Positions 9,207 through 18,700 of a DNA stretch of 64,000 bases are shown here, in pieces. The position numbers were made by a program, and so were the translations under genes. Under the pieces are notes generated by a model. The model was given only the letters and a program-made list of their open reading frames with translations, did not search any database and was not told where the DNA came from. The stretch's first letter is position 1. The number at the start of each line of letters is the position of its first letter. The DNA is from a candidate division FCPU426 bacterium. Lineage in GTDB: Bacteria; Oederibacteriota; JAAXVQ01; JAUVAV01. The stretch is taken from NCBI GenBank assembly GCA_040756875.1, contig JBFLYH010000001.1, positions 1,116,878 to 1,180,877 of the forward strand. The letters run 5' to 3'.

Positions 9207-10136
9207 ATGAAAAAAATACTTTGGCTATGCCTAGGCACTGCGCTGTGCATCGCACCCCTGACCGCCTGGCCGCAGGAGGAAATCGCGCCAGCGCCGGCAG
9301 TGACCGATTCGGCCGAAGCAGCGACAAATCCGGCGCCCGTGCCTGCTCCGGCCCCGGTCCCGCCCGCTTCCAGCTGGAAACCGGAAGCCGTGGGCCAAAT
9401 GAATCTCGCGCAAAACAGCTTCGACAACTGGACCCAGGGCGGCACGGAATCCCTCGCGTGGCAGGCCACCCTGCAAGGCAAGTTGACGAATGATGCACCG
9501 GAATACAATTGGGCCAACAGCGCCAAACTGGCTTTCGGCCAGATCAAAGTCGGCGCCGAAGAGTTGAAAAAATCCGTGGACGAGATCAGGCTCGAAAGCG
9601 TGCTGAGCTACAAACTGAAAATCCAGATCGACCCTTACGTCGGCGTAAAGGCGGAGACGCAGTTCACCACAGGATACGATTACAAAGACACGGGCAAGGT
9701 TGCCATTTCCGCTTTCCTGGACCCGGGTTATTTTACTGAAAGCCTGGGCGTGGGATATAATGCAGGCAGCGTGGTGAAAACCCGGTTGGGCTTCGCAGCC
9801 AAACAGACGGTCACCAATCTCTACCCCGCCCCTTATGCCGACGACCCGCAAACCCCGGGCATCGAAAAAATCAAAAGCGAACTCGGTTTGGAATCCGTGA
9901 CCGACCTCTCGTTGAAGCTCACCGACACCATTTTATTCACCTCCACCCTGGAGGCTTTTTCCAATTTGAAAGCCACGGACCAAATCGACGTCCGTTGGGA
10001 CAATCTGCTTTCCACCAGCCTCTCCACTTTTTTGACCATGGGGTTCAACGTCCAGCTTTACTACAACAAGGACGTTTCGACCAAGCGCCAGATCAAGGAA
10101 GCCCTGACCCTGGGATTGACGTATACGCTGATCTAA
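9207..10136 (+). CDS. DUF3078-like outer membrane beta-barrel protein
   Basis: Signal peptide, Q-x-SFDNWxQGG, FLDPGY, amphipathic beta strands and C-terminal LGLTY; AGGAG RBS. Confidence 0.75.
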   Translation: MKKILWLCLGTALCIAPLTAWPQEEIAPAPAVTDSAEAATNPAPVPAPAPVPPASSWKPEAVGQMNLAQNSFDNWTQGGTESLAWQATLQGKLTNDAPEYNWANSAKLAFGQIKVGAEELKKSVDEIRLESVLSYKLKIQIDPYVGVKAETQFTTGYDYKDTGKVAISAFLDPGYFTESLGVGYNAGSVVKTRLGFAAKQTVTNLYPAPYADDPQTPGIEKIKSELGLESVTDLSLKLTDTILFTSTLEAFSNLKATDQIDVRWDNLLSTSLSTFLTMGFNVQLYYNKDVSTKRQIKEALTLGLTYTLI

Positions 10137-10155
10137 GCCCAAGCCGGCCTTCACG

Positions 10156-10187
10156 CCGGGCGGGCTCCTCCCGCCCGGCGTTTTTTT
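10156..10187 (+). terminator. Rho-independent terminator
   Basis: GCCGGGCGG...CCGCCCGGC hairpin followed by a T7 run. Confidence 0.8.
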
Positions 10188-10291
10188 AGCCAACCGCCCC
10201 GCCATGCACACGGCGGGGTTTTTCCCTGGATTCCCGCGCTGCGTTCGTGTTACTTTTAATAATCAGCTCCTGAACCGAAAGGGGCCTCCGC

Positions 10292-11323
10292 ATGAGCGAC
10301 GCGCACCCGGCGGTTCCAGCCTGGGCCAACCTCCCGGACGAAGAGTTACTGAACGTCCGGTTCTGCGACCTCCGGCTGGATATCAAGCAAACTCCGCTTG
10401 AACACTGCATCCAAACCCTCTACCAGGAGTTGGAACATCGCGGCATTTCCTTCCGCCCGGTCTTCTATCTCGGCGACGAATGGTTTTCCCCCGACGGCAT
10501 TCCGGCCATTTCGATCCCCTTCTATCTGGCCCATCCCCGCTTGAAACAGCTCGAGAAAAAAATCATGCTCGAAGTGGAGGGCGACACGGAAGCGGAGTGC
10601 ATGAAACTGCTGCGCCACGAGACCGGGCATTCCTTGTGCCACGCCTTCCATCTGCCCCGGCGGCGTTCCTGGCGCAAAACATTCGGTTCGCCTTCCAAGG
10701 AATTCAAGGATTTTTACCACTATCAGCCCTACAGCCGGAGTTTCGTGCGCCATCTGGAGAACTGCTACGCCCAGAGCCACCCGGAGGAGGATTTCGCCGA
10801 AACCTTCGCAGTCTGGCTCGCGCCGGCCCATGATTGGAAACAACTCTATCGCGGCTGGCCCGCCCTGCAAAAGCTGGAATACGTGGACCGCTTGATGTCT
10901 GAACTGAAGCACAAGCAGCCGGTCAATCCCAGCCGCGGCCAGCCGTATTCCATCGGCAGTTTGCGCCGCCGCCTGCGCACCCACTACGACCAGCGCCGCA
11001 AATTCTATGCCGAGGACGATCCGGCGCTGTTCGATTCGGATTTGCGGCGCATCTTCACCGCCGGCGAGGAACAGCCCTCCGGCCTGCCGGCCTCGCGTTT
11101 TTTGCGGCAGCAGCGGCAGTCTCTGCTCGGCGTCGTGCCTTTTTGGACCCGGGAACGCAAATATACCGTCAACCGCCTGTTGAAGAAGCTCGCGGCCCGG
11201 TGCGACGAATTAAAGCTCCGTCTGCCCAAGGACGAACATCGCACAGGCTTGGAAATCACAGCTTATCTCACGGCCCTGGTCTCGAATTACCTGTTTACCG
11301 GCAAATTCAAGGGGCGGGTATGA
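10292..11323 (+). CDS. Putative zinc-binding metallopeptidase
   Basis: LLRHETGH (HExxH) and YAQSHPEEDFAETFAVWL zincin motifs. Confidence 0.8.
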   Translation: MSDAHPAVPAWANLPDEELLNVRFCDLRLDIKQTPLEHCIQTLYQELEHRGISFRPVFYLGDEWFSPDGIPAISIPFYLAHPRLKQLEKKIMLEVEGDTEAECMKLLRHETGHSLCHAFHLPRRRSWRKTFGSPSKEFKDFYHYQPYSRSFVRHLENCYAQSHPEEDFAETFAVWLAPAHDWKQLYRGWPALQKLEYVDRLMSELKHKQPVNPSRGQPYSIGSLRRRLRTHYDQRRKFYAEDDPALFDSDLRRIFTAGEEQPSGLPASRFLRQQRQSLLGVVPFWTRERKYTVNRLLKKLAARCDELKLRLPKDEHRTGLEITAYLTALVSNYLFTGKFKGRV

Positions 11324-12336
11324 AGCAGCATTTGCGCGTCCTGGTGGTTTTCGACCTGCCGGCCAAGCCGGCCAACGCGGACTGGGCCAGCCAGCTCCGG
11401 CCTGAAGACTGGCAAAAGGACCTGGACATCATCCAGGCCGTTAAAAAACTCGGGCACGAAGTCAGGTTGTTGGGACTGTATGACCAGGTACGGCCGCTGA
11501 TGGTCGAAATCCGCCGCCACCCGCCGGATATCGTCTTCAACCTGTTGGAAGCCTTTGCCAATGAGCGCCGCCACGAAAGCCATCTGGCCGGGTTGCTGGA
11601 ACTGTTGGGCGTCCGCTATACCGGTTCGCGGCCTGCCAGCCTCTCCTTATGCCGCGACAAGCTGGTCGCCAAGCGGATCCTCGCGCCGCACCGCATCAAA
11701 GTCCCGCGGTCGGTTGTCTTTCCCCTGGGCAAAACCAACCGTTCCCTGAAAAGCCTCCGTTTCCCCGTTTTCGTCAAACCCCTGGGCCTCGAAGGTTCGG
11801 ATGGCATCGCCCAGCGTTCTTTCGCGGAACAAGCGGAATCCTGCATGGAACGCGTCCGCTTTCTGCATGCCAACTTGAAAACCGATGTGCTGGTGGAAGA
11901 ATACATCGAAGGGCGCGAACTCTACGCCAGCGTCATCGGAAATGAACGGCTGCGGGTGCTGCCGGTCAGGGAATTGATCTTCACCCAATTCCCCGAAGAG
12001 CGCCCCAAATTCGCCTCTTATAAAGCCAAATGGGACGATGCCTTCAGGAAAAAATGGGGCATTCAAAACATTTTCGCCGAAGACCTGAGCCAATCCGCGC
12101 AGCGCAAGATCAACCATACTTGCCGGACCGCTTTTCGCGCCCTGGGTTTGACTGGTTACGGCCGCCTTGATTTACGGCTGACAGCCCAGGGAGACATTTA
12201 CGTCATTGAAGTCAATCCCAATCCGGCGCTTAATCGCGAAGACGAACTGGCCCAGTCAGCCCAGAAAGCCAAACTCTCCTACACCCACTTGATCGAACGG
12301 ATTTTATCCCTCGGATATTACCGGCGCCCTGCTTAA
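11320..12336 (+). CDS. ATP-grasp ligase, D-Ala-D-Ala ligase-like fold
   Basis: FPVFVKP, LVEEYIEGRE, YGRLDLR and IEVNPNP. ATGA overlap with the peptidase gene. Confidence 0.85.
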   Translation: MKQHLRVLVVFDLPAKPANADWASQLRPEDWQKDLDIIQAVKKLGHEVRLLGLYDQVRPLMVEIRRHPPDIVFNLLEAFANERRHESHLAGLLELLGVRYTGSRPASLSLCRDKLVAKRILAPHRIKVPRSVVFPLGKTNRSLKSLRFPVFVKPLGLEGSDGIAQRSFAEQAESCMERVRFLHANLKTDVLVEEYIEGRELYASVIGNERLRVLPVRELIFTQFPEERPKFASYKAKWDDAFRKKWGIQNIFAEDLSQSAQRKINHTCRTAFRALGLTGYGRLDLRLTAQGDIYVIEVNPNPALNREDELAQSAQKAKLSYTHLIERILSLGYYRRPA

Positions 12337-12780
12337 GCAATACTATCTATCGATATGGAGAACAGCGTGCGGTTTTATACAAGGTAATCATTTCGCTCTC
12401 GAACGATCCTAATTATTAAAATATAAATATGTAATGGATTGATTAAATCACTCATTGTGCTGAAAGGCCCATTATTACAAAGCGAACTTTTAAAAAACAT
12501 TGAAAACAAAGCCATAATGTAGATTTATAATCATATATTTTATCAGTCAGTAAATGCTATAAAAAACAGGCGTTTTATAGCCCCCTCCCTGATCGTTGCC
12601 TCTGATCTGACTCGACTTGGCACTGTCTTCATTCCACTTTTATTCTTTAAAATCAAGCTAATTGAATTATCTGCGCAATTTTTCAATAATTTTTTTGGAA
12701 AATAAGGAACCTAAGTGATATGATAATCGTCAGAGCTATGGAAAGGTTCCCACATTCTTACCCAAAAGGATGACAAACTC

Positions 12781-15700
12781 ATGAAAACCTCCTGGAAAAT
12801 CGGCCGTTACGTATTTTTCGCCATGGCGTCGCTGCTGATTCTATCAGCGCCTGCGTTGGCGGATATTTCAGGCGTAACCGCCTCACCTGCTCCCAGTACG
12901 GTCAACACCAATGCCCAATACACCTTGGGATTCACGACCGGAGCCACAGGAGCCCTGACGACATCGGATACTATCAACATCACTTTCCTGGCCAACACGA
13001 CCGTGCCCGCCAATTTCCCGGGCGGAGCCGGCGGCCAGGTCACGGTCAACGGTACGACGGCCACAGCCACGGGCAGCGGTCAGACCCTGACCATCACCGT
13101 GCCCCGCGATGACATCGGGAACAGCACGCCTGTCACAGTGGTCATCACCACCGGCGCAGCCAACCTCGTCAATCCCAGCATTCCCGGAACCACGTACCAA
13201 GTGACCATGAGCACTTCCGTGGAATCCGCCGGCGTCACTTCCGGCAACTACACCATCTCCGCTTCAGGAACCGCTTTGAGCGTGGGATCGGTCACGGTCA
13301 CGCCCTCGACCATCGGTAACACAGCCACCTGCAGTATCAATGCCACCTTGGGTGCGGACGGCGCGCTGTGGGGTGGAAACAGCCAGATCGTAATCACCTT
13401 CCCCGCTGGCACCGGCGTGTACAACGGCACCATCACGGGCGTCACGGTTAATGGCACGGCCGCTACCTCTGCCACGGGCAATCCCTCGGCCCGCACCATC
13501 ACCATTGTGCCCCAGCAGAATATCGCCAACGGCGCGGGCATCGCCATCTCAATCCCGGCTTCGGCTTACCGCAATCCCACCTCCACCGGCAGCGTCAACT
13601 TGACCGCTTATACCAGCGCCCAAACTTCGACCGGCACCAGCTCGGCCTACAGCATTACCACCTCTGGAACCGCCGTGACCGTGGGCACAGTTACGCCCAG
13701 CCCGAATACCATCGGCAACATCGCCCAGTATTCCATCGATTTCAACACCGCTTCGGACGGCGCCCTGGTCGGCGGCGTAAGCACCATCACTGTTACGTTC
13801 CCGGTCGGCACCACCGTGACCGACGGCGCCATTGCCGGCGTCACTGTTGAAGGGGTGGCCGCCACCTCGGCCATCGGCACTTCAGCCAGCAGAACCGTGG
13901 TCATCACGCCGGGCCAGGATATCTATGGCGGCCTCACCAACCGAACGATCGTGATTCCCTCCGGCGGCAGCGCCATCCGGAACCCCATCACGGCCAACAG
14001 TTACACTTTGACCGTGTCCACCAGCGTGCAGCTCTCGACCGGAACCAGCTCCAGCTATACCATCGGCCTGTCCAGTACGGCTGTCACCGTGGTTTCGGTC
14101 ACGCCCAGCCCCACGACCATCAATAACTACGCTCAATACACCATTGATTTCAACACTTCCAGCGATGGCGGATTGGTGGGCGGCACCAGCACCATTACCG
14201 TAGTCTTCCCCAATGATACGGTGGTGGCGGACGGTGCCATTGCCAACGTGACGGTGGAAGGCACGCCCGCTTCCTCGGCCACGGGCACGGCGGCCACGCG
14301 CACCGTGGTCATTACGCCCGCCCAGAATTTCAACGGCGGAACCAATAATATTACGATCTTCATCCCCTCGACCGGCAACGCGATCCGCAATCCCTCCACA
14401 GCCAATAATTATACGCTGACCGTGGACACCAGCGTGCAAAACGTCGGCACGAGTCCCGCATATACGATTGGCGGGTCTTCCACCCCTGTCACCGTGGTTT
14501 CGGTCGCTCCCAGCCCCAACACCATCGGCAATATCGCGCAGTACACCATTGACTTCAACACTTCGGCTGACGGCGCTCTGGTGGGCGGCAGCAGCACCAT
14601 CACCGTCACTTTCCCTGCGGGCACCGTGGTTGCCAACGGCTCCATTACCGGCGTGACCGTGGAAGGCCTGGCCGCCACCTCGGCCACTGGAAGCTCAGCC
14701 AGCCGCACGATCACCATCACCCCCCAGCAAAGCTTCAGCGGCAGCACCAGCAACATCACCATCTTCATCCCCAGCACGGGCAGCGCGCTCCGCAATCCCA
14801 CTACGGCCGGCAATTACACCCTGACCGTGGCCACCAGCGTGCAACCGGTGGGCACCAGCCCCAATTATGCCATCGGAGTCTCCGGCACCCCTGTCACCGT
14901 GGTTTCCGCGGCTGCCAGCCCCAACACCATCGGTAATTTGGCCCAGTATACGATTGATTTCAATACTGCCAGCGACGGCGGCTTGGTTGGCGGCACCAGC
15001 ACCATCACCGTCACGTTCCCCGTGGGTACCACGGTGATCGACGGTGCCATTTCCGGCGTCACCGTGGAAGGCATGGCCGCTACCTCGGCCACCGGAACTT
15101 CGGCCACGCGCACCGTTGTCATTGTTCCCCAGCAAAACTTCAGCGGCAGCACCAGCAACATCACCATTGTCATCCCCACCACCAGCAGCCCGGTCCGCAA
15201 TCCCATGACCGCCGCCAGTTATACGCTGAACGTGGCTACCAGCGTGCAGACCACAGCCGGCACCAGCCCGTCCTACACCATCGGGCTGTCCTCCACGGCC
15301 GTGAGCATTGATTCCGTAACGCCCAGCCCCACAACCATCGGTAACCAGGCTTCATACGACATCCAGTTCGACCTGGCCAGCGATGGCGGTCTGGTCGGCG
15401 GCACCAGCACCATTACCATTGTCTTCCCCAGCGACACTGTGGTTCAGAACGGCGCCATTGCCGGCGTGACCGTGGAAGGCACGCCCGCCACCTCGGCCAC
15501 GGGCAATTCCGGCACCCGCACCATCGTGGTGACGCCCGCGCAAAACTTGAACGGCGGCACCCTCAACATCAACGTGGTCATCCCGACCGCCTCGCTGCGC
15601 AACCCGACCACCGCGAGCAGCTATACCCTGACCGTGGATACCAGCGTGCAAAACGTGGGCACGAGCCCGTCTTACAGCATCGGCCTTTCGTCCACCACCG

Positions 15701-18700
15701 TGGTCGTGACCAGCGTAGTGCCCAGCCCCAACACCATCAGCCAGTCCGCCTCCTACACCGTGGATTTCAACACCTCGGCTGACGGCGCCCTGATCGGCGG
15801 CACCAGCACCATCGTGGTCACCTTCCCCAACGACACTGTCGTGCAAAACGGCGCATTCGGCGGGGTAACCGTGGAAGGTATTGCCGCCTCCTCGGCCACG
15901 GGCAGCATCGGCGCCCGCACGGTGACCATTACGCCGGCCCAAAATCTCAGCGGCGGAACCAACAACATCACCATTTTCATGCCCAGCGGCCGGATCACCA
16001 ACCCTTCGTCCTCGGGCAATTACCAATTGACTGTCACGACTTCAGTCCAGCCCGCGGGCAACAGCCCCCAATATGTCATTGGCATCTCCTCCACCACGGT
16101 CAACGTGAGCAGCGTCAGCGTGGCCCCCGCAATCATCGGCAACCCGGCGCTGTACACCATCGACTTTGACATCAGTTCCGACGGCGGCCTGGTCGGCGGC
16201 ACCAGCACCATTACCGTCACTTTCCCGGCCGGCACTTATGTCACCAACGGCGCCTTGGCTGGCGTCACGGTCGAAGGTATCGGTGCCTTCTCGGCCACGG
16301 GCAACAACGGCGCGCGCACCATCGCCATTGTGCCCACGCAAAGCCTGACCGGCGGCACGACCAATGTCACGCTTTCCATCCCCACGACCGCTGTGCGCAA
16401 CCCCACCACCGCCGGCAATTACACCCTGACCGTCGCCACTTCCCTGCAACCGGCCGGCACCAGCCCGCAATATTCCCTCGGACTCTCGGGCACCACCCTG
16501 GCCGTGGGCTCGGTCACAGTCAGTCCCACGGTAGTCGGCAACCAGGCTTCCTACCAATTTGATTTCAACACCGCCAGCGACGGCTACCTGGTCGGCGGCA
16601 CCAGCACCATTACCATCACTTTCCCCAGCGATACCAATGTCACCAACGGCGCTTTGGGCGGGGTCACGGTGGAAAGCCTGGGCGCCACTTCGGCCACGGG
16701 CAACACCGCCAGCCGCACCATCACCATCGTGCCCCAGCAGAACATTCCCGGCGGCACGAACAACGTGACAGTGTTCATTCCCGCGACCGCGGTGCGCAAC
16801 CCCACTTCCATCGGCAATTACACTTTGACCGCGTCCACTTCGCCGCAACCCGCGGGCACCAGCCCGCAATACAGCCTGGGCCAGTCCTCCACGTCTGTCA
16901 CCTTCGGTTCCGTGGTGCCCAACCCCTCGACCATCGGCAACCAGGCGCAATACACCATCAACTTCAACACCGCGGCTGACGGCGCCCTGGTGGGCGGCGC
17001 CAGCCATATCATCATCACTTTCCCCAACGATACCGTCATCACCAACGGCGCGATCGCCGGAGTCACGGTGGAAGGCTCTGCCGCCACCTCGGCCATCGGC
17101 AACAGCGCCAGCCGGTCCATCGATATCGTGCCCTCAAACAACATCAGCGGCAGCTACACCAACGTGACCGTGATCATCCCCTCGGCCGGAATCCGCAACC
17201 CCACCACCGGCGGCAGCTATACCCTGACCGTCTCCACTACGCCGCAGCCCGTGGGCACCAGCCCCAGTTACAACATCGGGCAATCCGGGACCACGGTTAA
17301 TGTCACGGCCGTGACGCCCAGTCCAAACACGATCGGCAACCAATCCCAATACACCATTGACTTCAACACCAGTTCGGACGGCGCCCTGCTCGGCACGATC
17401 AGCCAGATCGTCGTCACGTTTCCGTCCGACACCGTGGTCACCAACGGCGCCCTGGCCGGCGTGACCGTGGAAGGCCTGGCCGCGTCTTCAGCCACGGGCA
17501 ACAGCGCCGGCCGGACCGTCACCATCGTGCCTTCGCAGAACATACCCGGCGGCACGGCGTCGGTGACGCTGTTGATTCCCTCCACGGTCCTGCGCAACCC
17601 CACCACCATCAACACCTATACCCTCACCGTGGCCACCACCGTGCAGCCGGCAGGTACCAGCCCGGGCTACAGCATCGGCCAATCTTTGACGACCGTCAAC
17701 GTGACTGCCGTCACCCCGAACCCGGCCACCATCGGCAACCCGGCTCAATATACTATCCAGTTCACCACCAGCGCGGACGGCGCCTTGCTGGCCGGCACCA
17801 GCACCATTACCATCCTCTTCCCCAATGATACAGATGTCACCAACGGCCCGCTTTCCGGCATCACGGTGGGCGGCGCAGCCGCCTCGGCTACTGGCAGTTC
17901 GGCTCTGCGTCGAATCATTATTACTACGCCCAATGCCATTGCCGTCAGCACGTCGGTTGCAGTTGTTATTCCTAGCACAGCCCTGACCAATCCTAGCGTA
18001 GCCGGAAACTACAGTCTGACTCTGGCCACTTCAGTGCAACCGGCAGGCACCAGCCCGCTGTACGGCATCGGCCTTTCCTCCACGGCCATCAGCGTGACCA
18101 GCGTCACTCCGAATCCAACGGTTGTCGGCAATTTGGCCGCTTATACCGTGGTCTTCAGCACCAGTTCGGACGGCGCCATACCGGCCGGCACGGGCAATAT
18201 CATCATCACCTTCCCCAATGACACCAATGTTCCGACCGGCGCTTTGTCCGGCATCACCATCAACAGCGTGGCGCCCACCTCGGCCACGGGCGACACCGGC
18301 ACCCGCCGCATCACCTTGGTGCCCAGCGCCAACATCAGCGCCAGCACCTCGGTCACCGTCGTCATCCCCTTGAGCGTGAGCCTGCGCAACCCGACCGCCA
18401 CGGGCAGTTACACACTCAGCGTGGCCTCCAGCGCGCAGCCGGCAGGCACCAGCCCGGCGTATTCCATCACGCAATCGGTTTCTACGGTGAGCATTTCCGG
18501 CGTAACACCCAATCCCACGACCGTGGGCAGCGACGCGCAATATACGGTCAATTTCACCACTTCGGCCGACGGGCCGCTGTACAGCGGCATCAGCCGAATC
18601 TACATCAATTTCCCCAGCAACACCTTCGTGACCACGGGCGCGATCTCGGGCATCCTGGTCAACGGCGTGGCGCCGTCCTCAGCCACGGGCAATGGCGGCA

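Noticed and set aside
11320-12336. Calling the ATP-grasp gene ddl
   Set aside because: It lacks the Ddl N-terminal signature motifs and is not in a cell-wall gene cluster.
12618-12636. Sigma-54 promoter upstream of the giant gene (TTGGCAC)
   Set aside because: The -12 GC is missing at the required spacing (it reads AT).
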